Shown: piece after piece, positions 1-13,500 of the stretch
Layout of the letters: the number at the start of each line of letters is the position of its first letter
Numbering within the stretch: the first letter of the stretch is position 1
Assembly: GCF_026210795.1 (NCBI RefSeq)
Contig: NC_089436.1
Location: forward strand, 2,046,001-2,110,000
DNA: 64,000 nucleotides
Direction of reading: 5' to 3'
Origin: Rhizophagus irregularis
Taxonomy: Eukaryota
Translations under genes and position numbers: made by a program
Notes under the pieces: model-generated
The model's database searches: none
Told to the model about the DNA's origin: nothing
Seen by the model: the letters and a program-made list of their open reading frames with translations, nothing else

Positions 1-559
1 AAAATTAATCAGATGATTTCACCTATCAGACAAAATAAAATTATTAATTGATCAGGTGATATCACCTGAGTTATTTTACCTCAGGTTAAAAGTTAAAAAT
101 ATATAATATTATTATTAAATTTATTTTTATAAAATATTTCCAATAATAAGTTGTATTTTATCTTTTTATAATTATATACTAGATGGCTAAAAATTTTATT
201 TACAGGTAAATTTAATTGTAAAGATTTATAAATAATAGATAAAATTAAATTATAAAAAGTTTTAATATATAATAAGTAATAAATTATGTATTATTCTAAT
301 AGTTGGATAATGGTTTGAAAAATGCTTTTCAAACTAATTATTCAAACAAATTTTTTCATCTACATATATGATTTATACTTTTTTTTTTTATTTTAATATA
401 GTATGTCTGGTTAAAATTTTATTAAAATTGTAACAGTATAAAAATATAAATATACAAAAGTTTTTCACTTCCACTATATAATAAAAATGTTCGAGGCATC
501 TTATATTAAATAATCTTACTAATAAAAAAAAGAAATAAAATGAAAATAAAAATAAAAAT

Positions 560-2073
560 AAAATAAAAGGGTTAAGGTTGACAATGAAACCACTCTACTA
601 TATTTACACTTCTAAAATTAGGCTTCATTAATTATTCTGTTGAATTTCTTAAAATACTTCTAATTTTCTTAGCATTGATTTAATATTAGCTAAAACTATA
701 AGTTTGTTGATACTACTGTCTAAGCTCTTATCAATTTTCTTAGTTTACTTAGCCATTTTATATTTTTTGTCCAACCTAATTGTGTTAGTATTTTTCTGAG
801 ATACCTTAGAAACATCATCTTGCTTCACTTTTTAATGGTGATTTCTTTTTTATTTTAAATTAGAAATACCTTTTTCAATCACCAATAAATTTGCTTAAAC
901 TGAAAATTTTACTAATGACTTTATCCAAATTAGCCCATGATTTGTAGTAAGTTATTAACTTGCAGGTACCTTTATTTTGAATTAATTTAAATGCTTTACA
1001 TCCTGTAGGTATAATTACTGAGTGGATAGGGTTATTCAGATATAAGAATGCAATGATGGTAGAAGCAGAAACTTTTATTAACACTGTCTGGAATCTTTTC
1101 TGTTCTTTTCTTTGTTTGAGATTCCAGTTAGTCAGAAATTATCATGGGTAAACCTTTAAGTGGAGCAGTTCAGGTTTCACTATTCTATAGATTTATTGCC
1201 ACTTTATTGAAATCCACTGATACAGTTATAGTAGTGTATTTCTATTGCGATTTTAATTTAATCATAATTATTTAACCCTAGGCTTTTAAATGATTAAGCA
1301 TATTAAAGTGGATCTGTTTGAAAGGGATATCATAAACTGTAATTTTACAGATATAATTTTTAATTTCAGAATTATATCCAGTCATTATAGTGCTAATAGT
1401 TTTGGCTGGTTGTTTTTTGAAGGTTTTACAATTGTTACTAGTTGGATTAGTTTTTAAAATGGACGCAGTTTTTTTTTTTATTCATAATAAGGAAAAGGTG
1501 AGCTTGGTTTGCTAAAGTTACTATTTGAATCCTATTTAATTACTTCTGCATAGAAAATTTGCTTAGTTCCTTTTTCTTTAGAAGTAAAAGGCATGGCATT
1601 TACTTTAAGAGTTACAGGTAACACTTCAATTTGTACTGCTTTTTTTTTAATTTATGTTACATTTATATTCATAGGTGATTAGTGTCATATTTATTGAGGT
1701 GTTTTCTGTAGAACTGGATATATAATTAGATTGTCAGTTATGATGACATCAACAAACTATTTTTCCAACTTTCATCAACTTTCTGATTAATTAAGAGCTA
1801 AAAGTGTTGAAAATATGTAAGTACAATAAAGAGAAAGTGAAAGAGTTTGTTAAGATTCTTCACTCCAAAGGTTGTAAAAATGTCTTTGAACTTTAAAAAG
1901 AAAGCTTCATAGGAGGCTAAATCTTCTCTGCTACTTCACTTATATTATTAGCATTGTATTTACTTAGATTAACCCTTAAAAAATCAAAAAAAGAACTATT
2001 TCTGAGGTTATTAATAAGCTGGTTGACTTTTAAATAGTCAACTTGTGATCTGTTATTAGTGCCAGAAGCCATT
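560..2073 (-). pseudogene. Decayed ORF, possibly a non-LTR retroelement ORF1/gag-like relic
   Basis: Minus-strand ATG near 2073 (MASGTNNRSQVDYLKV...) followed by codon-like sequence broken by many stops; fragments TVYDIPF and YKSWANLDKV (ORF 875..1084); no intron pattern; CpG-poor. Family assignment is a weak inference. Confidence 0.3.
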
Positions 2074-2639
2074 TTTCAACAAAAAAGTTGCTGATAATTT
2101 CTTGAAAAAAAATGGTTTATATGATGATTATGATCATTAGAAAGAGTTCCCTTCCCAGTTCTTTATATAATTTATACTAAATTACTAATTTATAATATTT
2201 ATAATATATTTCTTTATTATAATAAATTAGCTAATTAAATTTTTAAACTTTTTGCAATAAATTTAAAGTAATATTAAAATTGAAAATTTTTATATTTTAA
2301 AATTACTATTTATTCTAGCTAGCCAGTATTTTATTAAATTTTTAATTCTGGCCAAAAGTACATCATAATACTGGTATAGTGACTATCATTACTGGTAAAC
2401 TTTATAAACTCTATTTATAAAAACTAAGGCAATTAAATATTTATAAAAATATAATAATTTATAAATTCACCAATACTAATATAATTGCATTTATATAATT
2501 CAATTATATTTTGAAAAAATTATTAAATGAATAAATAATAATTATTTATCAAAATGTTGGGCTGCGCCATGTTTTTCTAATCCAGTAAGAATAGCAATTT
2601 TATAAAATATTCTTTTAAAAAAATATTTCAAGAAAAAGC

Positions 2640-2712
2640 GGGCTCATGGCCAAATGGATAAGGCGCCTGACTACGAATCAGGAGATTCCAGGTTCGACCC
2701 CTGGTGAGCTCG
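2640..2712 (+). tRNA. tRNA-Arg, anticodon ACG, intronless
   Basis: Acceptor stem GGGCTCA/TGAGCTC plus discriminator G; D-arm TGGCCAAATGGATAAGGC; anticodon arm CCTGA-CTACGAA-TCAGG; T-arm CCAGG-TTCGACC-CCTGG; T-runs downstream (Pol III terminator). Confidence 0.97.
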
Positions 2713-2931
2713 ATCAGGCTTTATATTTTTTCATTATTTTTGTACTACGACTACATTACACATATATAATCTCGTTCTCCAATTTTCTTCACGCATTCAA
2801 ATTAACAACTTTTTAAAATCTCAATTTAGACTAATAAGTTCGATTGTTTATCGAACAAATTAAATGTAATCCATTTTAATTTTACTTTGACACGTTATTT
2901 ACAATCTAAAAATTATATCTACCTAAGCTAA

Positions 2932-2957
2932 GCGCGTCCACGCGTAATTACGCGAAA
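2932..2957 (+). promoter_or_regulatory. Cluster of MCB/SCB-like CGCG elements upstream of RMI1
   Basis: GCGCGT (2932), ACGCGT (2940) and ACGCGAAA (2950) within 26 bp, ~85 bp upstream of the ATG, in a CpG-poor background. Confidence 0.55.
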
Positions 2958-3039
2958 ATAAGTCAAAAAGTTATATTGTGTTCAATTTATTTTTTTTAAA
3001 TTATAAATTATTTTTGTTCACCAAATATTAATTTTATAG

Positions 3040-5371
3040 ATGATTTCAAGTGGAATTGACGAATCAATTTTTCATCATATTGAAACTATGTTTTCGAAAA
3101 CGACATTTGAATTTAGACGTGATGGTTTAGAAAAAGCTTTAGTAAAAGTACTTTCGGAAAAAGAAGAAATTCATATTAATGAACTATTAAATCGAATCTT
3201 TTTTGAATTATTGCATTCAGATTTATCTGATGTTATTTATCCCATTTTGCCAAATTTAAATGATTTTCAAGATGGTTATATTGCTCAAAATGGTCCTATA
3301 TTACTTGAAATAGTTGAATGTATTGAAGTTGGTATATCTACTTATAAATTATTGCAAATTCTAAATGAATTTGAGTCTTCGCAAGTGAATAATGCGAAGG
3401 ATGATGAGTTGGAAAAAAAATTAGAATTTCCAAGAAAAATGCTACATTTACTTCTATCTGATGGTCAGCAACAAATTAGAGGAATGGAGTACAAACAAGT
3501 TTCTGAGCTTAGTTTACACACTCCTATCGGCAAAAAGGTAGATTTAAAAGAAAAGTTATAAATTGGATCAAAAGGATCCCTCTAAACATTTTTGCGTTAT
3601 TTTAAGTAGGTTTTGATAAGTAATGTGAAATATAGCAAGGGTATGTTATTTCTCACACCAGAGAATACATATGTTTGTGAAGGATTCGAGTGGACATCTC
3701 GTAGGCTTGGAGATTTAAAATTAACATTTATGGAACTATTAGGGTATGTTATCATTATTTAAAAGTTGTTCTTTTCCGGTTTAAATTGAAATTTTTCATG
3801 ATTTTTAGAATGGCGACAAATGAGAATGTAGAAGATGAATCTCAAATTTCATATAATGCTCTACACCCGTGTGATATTCAGTCAACTTTTCAACCTAATA
3901 TGGGTGGTAGATTAGCTAGAGTTATCTTTAAAGATGTCCCATATATGTCAGATCTTACCAAATTGAAGAGGTTTTTGCACAAAGCAGAATCGTCACATCC
4001 ACCTCCAAGATCTGTTCTTCCATTTAATGAAGTATTAGGATATAATTCTAATGCAAGAAAATCATCCTGTCCTGAGCCGGGAATTGATAAATCAACGCAA
4101 CTTAATTCAATGTCGAGAGATTTTCAACCGGAATCGTCATTTAACAACACAATTCGACCTATTTCTGTAACACAACTGGTGCCTTTATTTAACGGCTCAA
4201 CGCGACCTAACGCTAATGAGGACCCATCGAATTCGGTATCATCATCCATATCATCATTTAACAAACCAACTTTTAAGGTTCCATTAAACCAATTTAATGT
4301 TGGCACGCCGTCATTAATACGACCTAATCCTCCCTCAAAATCATTATATGATGAACCAGCTTTTAAAACAGCATCATTATGGAATGGGCCAGCAGAAAAA
4401 CAATCATTGTCTCAACCAAATGCTTCTTTTTTATATAATGATCAAGAAGCAACAGAACCAGCGTTCAAGAAATCGTCAACATTATTATCAACCGCAAGGC
4501 CAACATTCAGATCCTCGTCACCAGCAGAAGAAAAGACATCGTTTATTGAACCTTCTTTTAATGCTTCATCAATACGCTCTGATTCTGAGGAAAAAGCACC
4601 TTTTAATAATAGACTATCCTCCAATAGTATATCTTGTTCTCATATATCAATATCTTCAAATGAATTGGACTTAAATATTTCACCAATTCGGCCTAACTCT
4701 AAGTTTAAAGATACAGAATCTAAAGTTTCCTACTCAATGCACTCTATTCCTGGTGTAGATCCATTCTCCATACAAGATGATGATTTCTCTTATATGTTGA
4801 TAGAAGACGACAACATTGAAACTTACAAAGAAAATAAAGACAATGAATCTTATTCCAAAAAAGGGTCCACCCGAGATCAAGATGATGACGGAGTAATTAT
4901 TATAGATTCTGATCGGGATGTAAAGGATTTGTGTCACATTAAAAATAATATTGAAGCTAAGAATAATTTAGCGTCGCTTTTTGAAAGTCTTGAAAATGAA
5001 TATAAAGCTATTTCTTCGGAACCAGATGCTCGTCTATCTCCAGCACGTAGCATGGGAAGTACGAAAAATAATTCGTCCAATAATAATAAAAACAAGCGTT
5101 CTTGGCTTTATGAGAAAATTGACAGCGATGATGACGATATTGAACTTCCACTTGCAAAAAGAGTTAGTCATTGTACGGATAATGATCATGAAGAGAAATT
5201 GGATGGTGGAAGTTTAGCTAATCCTATTGTTTTGGATTATGATGATAATGATTATGAAATGGATTTAGGTAGTTGTTGCAATTGTTATGATCGATTAGCA
5301 TTATTTATAACATTAATAATTTATCTCGAATTCTTTCATTAGACGAAATTCTTTCTGGATATACTTTTTGA
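3040..5371 (+). CDS. RMI1: RecQ-mediated genome instability protein 1 (N-terminal OB fold plus long low-complexity tail), about 4 exons
   Basis: FPRKMLHLLLSDGQQQIRGMEYKQVSELSLHTPIGKK|VLISNVKYSKGMLFLTPEN matches the RMI1 OB1 signature. Exons ~3040-3537, 3611-3743, 3809-5268, 5343-5371 with GT-AG introns. An upstream exon is possible (TAG immediately precedes the ATG). Confidence 0.8.
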
Positions 5372-6167
5372 GATCTGAATGATAATAAGGGTAAGTTAAT
5401 TGTCGATTCTGAATTCCTAACTAGTCATATTTTTTGTGTTTTACACGTGAATGATTAATTACATTAAAATTATTTAGCATTTAAAAATTATAATATTTTG
5501 ATTAATTCTTTCTGATATTTAATAGTGTCTATGAAAAGTTACTAAACGAAATATAATTCTTTATTATTGAATTTTGTTAGTACATTTCATTTAATTGTAG
5601 GCTTCTCAGGCCTGAAAACATTCCGAATTCAAAGTCTCGTATATATTTTAACCCTACTAATTAACTTATAAAAAATTTTTTATACATATATTTTATCATT
5701 TCGTAGCACTTTAAATTTTTATTATCGGCATTATCTTAATCTTTTAGCTCAAGCAATTTAACTTTTATTATAACTATTGTAATCAATTATGTCATCCGAG
5801 ATGGTTCAGATACCCGGTATTTTTGCTCGTTAAAATGTACATGTATAAAGCGTTTTTTATAATTTTCATAGAAAAATTTTGGATAGTAATAGGGTGAATT
5901 AATTTTTTTTAGTAGTGAGAGAATAAAATAAATGCTCTACTTAGCTTTCTCTTTTAGAACCAAAAAGACTGGAATAACAACCTCCTGTTTAACATATCCT
6001 ATTTAAGATAAAAGTAAATACAGAAAAAATAAAGAAATAGATAACATTATACATACATTAATTACATTAATAGTGTAGGACAATTTATTTTGACTTCTAC
6101 AAATTATAACCATCTGTACATGATTACATAAATAATATTTTAAGGATCTCATTTAAGTTTAATGTTA

Positions 6168-8345
6168 CTAATTATAATTTACAGTAACTTCTTGTGTAAT
6201 TTTTAATAATAATTCAAAAGCTTGATCAATATGTTTTTCTGTAGTTAGTGGAGAGCCAGGAGCAAATCTTATTATATATTGTTCTCTCATTTTTGTTTGT
6301 GTTAGATATATTTTACCACTCTCATTCAGCCTATTAGAAACCATTTCTGTTAATTTATTTGAATTTTTCAATGAATCATTTGATTTAACATAAAAGTTAA
6401 CCAATCCGAAATTTGGAGTTGTTGGAATTATAAATAAATCAGGATATTGTTGGATTTTACTTCGAAATCGGTTTGCGAGTTTATGTGTCTAAAAATTTAT
6501 TTAAATTAGAAACTTTTTTTTTTTGAAAAAAAAAAAAATTTACTAGATATACTAATTGGCATTTCCACTAGTTTATAAATGATGAAAATGCTAATTAGTA
6601 GCCAGATAATAATAATTTACCTTCATAACATGTTCTCTTAATCCTTTTGCACCATATGTTCTTATAACAAACCAAATTTTTAAAGCTCTAAACCTTCTTC
6701 CAACTTTAAAATAAAATCAAGAGTTAAAAGAAAGTATTAAATTAAACTCACATTAAGTACTTACGTGAGATCTGCCAATCTCTAAAATCTAAAACCATTC
6801 CGCTTTCACTAACAGAATTTTTTAAAATATCTGGAGTGATTGATAATGCATTTATAAGATACTTTCTTTCTTTTATCCTAAAACAACCATTTTATGATTA
6901 TATACTAAATAAACGCTGTACTAAATGACTAAATCACTTTCAGAAAGCTATTTACCATAAACAAGAACAATCGAAATTAGTTAGTAATCCCTTATGCATA
7001 TTAAGATCAAACGAATCTGCTTGATTTATTCCTTCAAGCAAATATTTATATTCAGGGCAGATAAGAGCAGAACCAGCATATGCAGCATCGATATGTAACC
7101 AAACGTTTGTACCCTTAACTAAATAATAAAATCCTGAATTAAAAAAAAAATCTATCTTTTAATTAATCCTTGTTCAGACGTACTTACTTGCATCCACGAT
7201 ATCTGTTATTTTGTCAATTGCTGCGGAATTAGTTGTTCCAATTGTTCCAACAATGAAAAAGGGGATTAATCCATTAGTGATATCCTTTTCCATTTCTTGT
7301 TTCACAGTTTCCCCGCAAAGTGAAAAATTATCATCAGTAGGAAGTGCACGAAAAAGTATATTTGCAATCATTGTTGCTTTTTTTAAACAAATGTGCGTCT
7401 ATTAAACGACGAAATTTTCGAAAAAAAAAAATTTAAACTCGAGAAGAAATTTTAGAGAATAAATTTTTCCTTTATTAACCTGATCTGAACCATAGGCAAT
7501 TAAACGAGTTGAAAGAGTACGTAATTTTTCCTCGTCTGCGCCTTTTGCTTTATATTCTTCTAACATTCGATACTTAGCAGCAAGTAAAGTCACTAAAGTT
7601 GCTTCACTAGCAGTTCCTTGGATCACGCCCCCGCCCCTTCCATCACTATGAAATTTTTGATCCAATCCGACAAGTTTTCCCATCCAATCAAGAACGACTG
7701 ACTCAAGTTCGGTGCAAGCAGGAGAACTTAGCCACTTAAAGATCATATTTAATTTTATTGAGTTACTATATTGAGGAAATTATGTAATAGATTATCACCT
7801 TACATTGAATCCAATGACATTAAACATATCAGAATACATATCTCCCAATATACTTGGAAAAGAGGAGTTAGCAGGATAAAAGGCAAAAAAATTGGGACTT
7901 TGCCAATGTGTAACTAATTTAACATCGATTTAATTTGTTTTTTCTTTTAATTAATAATTGAAATATATGTATATAAAAAAATAAATGTAAAAAAAGAAAC
8001 AATAACAAACTCCCTGGGATAATTTTCGTTTCAATGTCACATTGAATATTCTCCCATGGTTCAGGTTCTAAGTTAAAATTGAAACAAAATCGATAAATTT
8101 CATTCGGTATTATTTAAAATGTAGAAAATAAATACCTTCTGGTGCTTCCTTCGGAAGAACTTTTTTAAGGTAACCCGGTTCTACCTTTGATAAAACTTTT
8201 CAAAAAAAAATAGCAATGAACCTCTTGACCATTCAATTTTTTGTAAATAATATAATTTACCTTCATAGTTTTCAAGCTCCTGATAATATTTACAAATTCT
8301 ATCAACGGTTTCGTACCCTCTTTTACGGAATTCTTCGATATCCAT
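6168..8345 (-). CDS. DDC: Aromatic L-amino-acid (DOPA/tyrosine/tryptophan) decarboxylase, PLP-dependent group II, multi-exon
   Basis: [81 protein letters not shown] (PLP lysine), [16 protein letters not shown]. Confidence 0.93.
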
Positions 8346-8913
8346 TCTTTGAAAACCTTTCAAAAAGATTCTAAGCTTAAATATTTGTTGCATGACGTAC
8401 AACATAAAGATCTTTAGATTTCTGCAGTTCGTGTAAGACTGATCGTCATTGTCCGCGATTATACTTTATATGGTAGACCACCCAGGCAAAATTCTGACAA
8501 AATGAATTTGAATAAACTGTTGTGTAATAATGTTGATTCTGAAAGGATCTAAAAGATTATTCCTTTGGTAAATTGAAAAAATGATAAACTAATTAAACTG
8601 ATTAGTATCTGATTATTCAAAAATTTTGATATAAATTAAGTTTAAGTCCCACACATGTTAAATTTAAAATGATCTTGAGACATTTTATATTAATAAATCT
8701 GCGGCACTGTACAGTTTCTGATTTGAAGCTATCATTTTTGTATAATTTATAGTGAAATTAGTGTGGTTTTTTACGGACCAATTGTTTGATGACAAGCTTT
8801 AATAAAGCAAGAAAATACATGTTGTGGCTTTGTAAATCTCTCGTTTTATAGATTACACACCCGATCAAGATCTTATTAGCTTCTTGAAAACTTTTTTTTT
8901 GTTTTCAAATGAA

Positions 8914-10457
8914 ATGGACGATGAACAGTGGGCTATTTTGTTTGATAATGAATGTATGCGAATTTTAAATGATTATTATCAATTAACTTTAAATGTCTTG
9001 TAATAGTAATCTTGCTGATTGTTTCCACGCGTTTATAGATATTAGGGCTGAAGATTATAAAAGAAATTCAAGAACGTTAGATGAGTTTAATCGATTCTTG
9101 GAAGAACTCCCTTCTTTATTGAAAAAGAAAACATCACTTGTATTGAATCATTGTATTAGATGTCGAAAAATTACAATTCCACCTGGTAACGCAGATGAAT
9201 GCTACAGAATAAAATATTCTCATCAGGTTGAACGGATTTTAACAGTTGATGCTCTTCGAGATACTAAGTTAGACTTAACAACATTATCAGTTCTCTTCAA
9301 TGAGTAAGTGAATGAAAGAATTCTCAATTTTTGAATGTTATATTATAAGCCCATAGAAAATTTTCTTCGTTATTATAAAGAGTAGGGATGAGTTTCGAAG
9401 ACTTTAGTCAATCCATGGATAACTTCTTGGAAAAACATAAAGTTTATATATGTAAACGCTGTGATACATTATCCGCTACTTCTGAACACGCTGGTTATCG
9501 AAATCCAAGTCATAATCATTGTAGTGTTCTCTCGAGTTTGAATCAAATGAAGGAAATTGAATTCGATTTATTGAATTTATTTGAAATACTTAAAAGTTGT
9601 GTGGATAATCATCGTCCGAATAGATTATCGAAAAAGTGGGATTTATTTTCTGATGATATTCCCTTGGTTAAGCGAGATTTTTATTGTAGACATTTTGGTA
9701 AGGCTGAGTGGGCAAGATACATTAAAATTGATGGTGCGTGCTTGAAATGGATTTGCTTTTCTTTTCTTTTCTTTTCTTTAAATTTAACTTTTTATAATTT
9801 CGCTCAGAGTATTATATAAAAAATAACACACTTTTACAATATACACAATTCCTTAATGATCTCCCAAAGAGACTTCATTATTGTGCAGTTTATAAATGTG
9901 TAAATTGTAATCGACTTTCTTCAAGTTCAAAAATTGCTGACCTCTGTTATCAAACTAATCAATGGATTTCTGATGAAGCTTATCTTCCACAAATTCCTCA
10001 TAAAAATCGTGAAATTGATAATGTTGAAGTTTTTATCAAAGCAAAAGTCTCTTTGAATACATTATCAAAAGTTTATGCTGAAAGATATAATGAGTTAAGT
10101 GATGTTAATAATTTTTTCACTATAATATGTACATTATATGCATTTTTCGATGAAAAACTAAAATTTTTTTTTAGACTATCGATTCATTTAAATCATTTTT
10201 TATCGGGTTTATGGGGATTTTCTTATTTTATTAAAACCTGCGATATATTTATCTGTACACAATGTGGAATATTTTCTGCATTAAAACAGGGTGGAAGTTT
10301 ATGTAGAAAACCTTATCACGATCATGAATTTGAAAGAATTAATGATGTTTTAACTTTTTATGATGAACCTATTAATTTATTTGATTTACAATACGTTCTT
10401 CGAACTGCTTTGAATATTGCTTATCCTGATAAACCTGTCTATATCCCTAAAAATTAA
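8914..10457 (+). CDS. Hypothetical protein made of two duplicated halves, each with two CxxC...C/H putative zinc-binding motifs
   Basis: ATG at 8914; introns at ~8954-9038, 9304-9380, 9734-9808 and 10094-10174 join the ORF fragments 8993, 9388 and 10053. Motifs CIRC, CKRC, CVNC, CTQC. Confidence 0.7.
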
Positions 10458-10598
10458 TTAAAGTAAAATTGTATTACAAAGAAAATTTAACCTTGATTAA
10501 GATCGTAAGATCGTCGCTTTTTATTTCATATCATATATAATATATATATATACACGTTTTTTCCTTTATTTCAACTTAAACTTGATATTTGATATAAA

Positions 10599-13500
10599 AT
10601 GAATAAGTTGATTATTGACGGAAAAACTCAAACTTTTAACGTTGAGGAAGAAGATTTTATTACTGAAAATAATATTAAATTTTTTAAAAAATTAAGATTT
10701 TATTTAAATGGAGCTTTTGTAGAAATAGATAACCCTGATCCTGATATTACCTTATTAGAATATGTTCGAAGTATCGGCTTAACTGGGTAAATGCAACTTA
10801 TCTACAACAAAGAAAAAATCATTTTAATTAAAAATTCCTTAATATTTCATTTTCTAGAACGAAATTAGGTTGCGCTGAAGGTGGTTGTGGTAAGTATTTA
10901 CAAGCATGCTCCTTTCGTTTTCATTTATTTCATTTTATACATGTTCCGACAATAAATAGGTGCCTGCACAGTATTAATTTCATCGTATGATCCAACGAAT
11001 CAAAGGATATCACATTATTCAGTAAACGCATGTTTAGCACCGTTATGTTCAGTTGATGGTAAGCATGTAATAACAATAGAAGGAATTGGAAATGTGAAGA
11101 ATCCACATCCTGTTCAGGTACGGTAAATTAATCGGTAAAGATGTTGATATTTGATTTAATTTCAAATCTACATATTCAATAAATTTTGCATTTCTATCGG
11201 ATGGCTCTTTTAGGAAAGAATAGCTTTGTTACACGGGTATTTAATTTGATTTATTATTTTTTTTTATCCAAATAATTTATCACTTACAGCTTAAAATTTT
11301 AAATTATAATAGATCACAATGTGGATTTTGTACACCAGGAATAGCGATGTCACTTTATGCGTTACTTAGGAATAATCCAAATCCATCAGAAGAAGAAATT
11401 GAAGAATGTTTTGATGGTAATTTATGTAGGTGTACAGGATACAGACCTATTCTTGATGCTGCTAAGACTGTAAGGTTATTTTTATATTTATGTTCATGGA
11501 TTTTGTTAGGATTTCTTTCTTAATAACGTATGTTGGTTTGATTTTAAAATATCGATATTAGTTTGCCAAACCCACGAATAAATGTTGCAATAATGACGTA
11601 GATAAAAAAAGTGATGGTATAAAACAAAATAGTGTAAGAGTGAGTAAGAAAAGTGAAATATAAAAATAATTCAAATGTCATTGTAATTTAGAATTTTGTT
11701 TATAGGGATGCGGAAGAGAAGATTGTTGTAAATTTAATAATTCCAACTTTTCCTCTATAATTGATCATAAATTTCCTCAAGTAAGAATGTAAGATATTAA
11801 CATGAGAATTTTATATTTAGTATTTCTAATAATTTCTTTTCTTTTTTTTTAGATTAAGTTTAAACAATATGATGCGACACAGGAATTAATATTTCCACCA
11901 GCGTTAATATCATCATATAAACCCTACCCGTTATATTTTTCAGGTAGAAAAACAAAATGGTTTAAGCCAAATAGTTTAAATGAACTATTATTACTTAAAT
12001 TAAAATATCCTCAAGGGAAATTAGTTAGTGGTAATTCTGAAGTTGGTATTGAGGTGAAATTTAAAAAAATAAATTATAATATTTTAATTTTTGTTGGGGA
12101 TTTAAACGAATTAAGGGGTTACGAATTTACAGGTGAGAAATTTTTTTAGAAAGCTTTATTAAAAAAGTGTTAGTGTAATGTATTATTTTTTGTTTTGATA
12201 GATGATGGATTGATTATTGGAGCTAATACAACATTAGCACAATTTCAAGAGATATTACAAAAGGCCAGTAAACATTACAAGGTATAGATGAATCTACACT
12301 ATAGAAGTCCCTCTTTTAATAATATTAATACTTTTTTTCATCTTTTGTTGTTAGGAATATCAAGTAGAAACATTTAGGGCAATATTAGCTAATTTAAGAT
12401 GGTTTGCAGGTCATCAAATACGCAATGTAGCAACACCAGCAGGAAATATAATAACTGGATCCCCTATATCTGATTTAAATCCGATATTTTTATCAGCTTC
12501 ATGTATATTCACATTATCTCGTCATAAGGAAATGCCTTATGACACATCCTTCTCGAATAATTTTAATTGTGTTGATCGAAAAGTTTTGGCTAAGGAATTT
12601 TGGACAGGATATAGACAAAATACTTGTACATCAACAGAAATTATAACGAAAATCTTTATACCATTAAGTAAAGAACGACAATTTGTTAGAGCATATAAAC
12701 AATCAAAAAGACGTGATGATGATATTGCAATTGTTAATGCTGGATTAATGGTACATTTGGATAATGAGGATGTTGTAAAAGATGTCGGGTTTGGATTTGG
12801 TGGTATGAGAAGCGTTAGTGTTAGAGCTCCGCTAAGTGAAGAATGGCTAATTGGAAAAAAATGGGGAGATAAAAATGTGTTAAAAAAATTACTTAATAAG
12901 CTGGGAGAGGTTTGTTATATTTATTTTATTTTATTTTATTATTACGTTAAAAGTATATTTACAAGGAATAAACTCTCATTATTTCATATTAGGAGTTACA
13001 ATTAAGTTTCGATGTACCAGGCGGAATGGCATCATATAGAAAATCATTGGTATCAGGGTTTATATATAAATTTTGGTACGACGTATGTAAGAATGTATTC
13101 ATATTAACAGAAGAATATATTGATAATGACATAGATGATTTTATTGGCATAATTGAAAGGAATGTATCTAAAGGAGTGCAAACTGTTGGATTTAAAGAGA
13201 TTAACAAGAAAATAGTTGGCAAAGAAATACCACATTTATCGGCTATGAAGCAAGTTACCGGTGAAGCTATTTATACTGATGATTTGCCTAAAGTGCATGA
13301 TGAATTATATGGTGCTCTTGTTTTATCACAAAATGCTCATGCAAAAATACTGAGGTATGGCATACGTATATATTTATATATATTCAGTAATAATTTTATT
13401 TAATTATTCTTTCCTTCAATTTAACTATTGAAGTGTTGATGCAAGTAAAGCATTAGCTATATCAGAGGTTAAAGGATTTTTTACTGCAAAAGATGTTCCA

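Noticed and set aside
4124..5217. Overlapping small ORFs within RMI1 (and similar shadow ORFs within XDH, STX18, POT1 and the transposase)
   Set aside because: Antisense or alternative-frame shadows of real coding exons.
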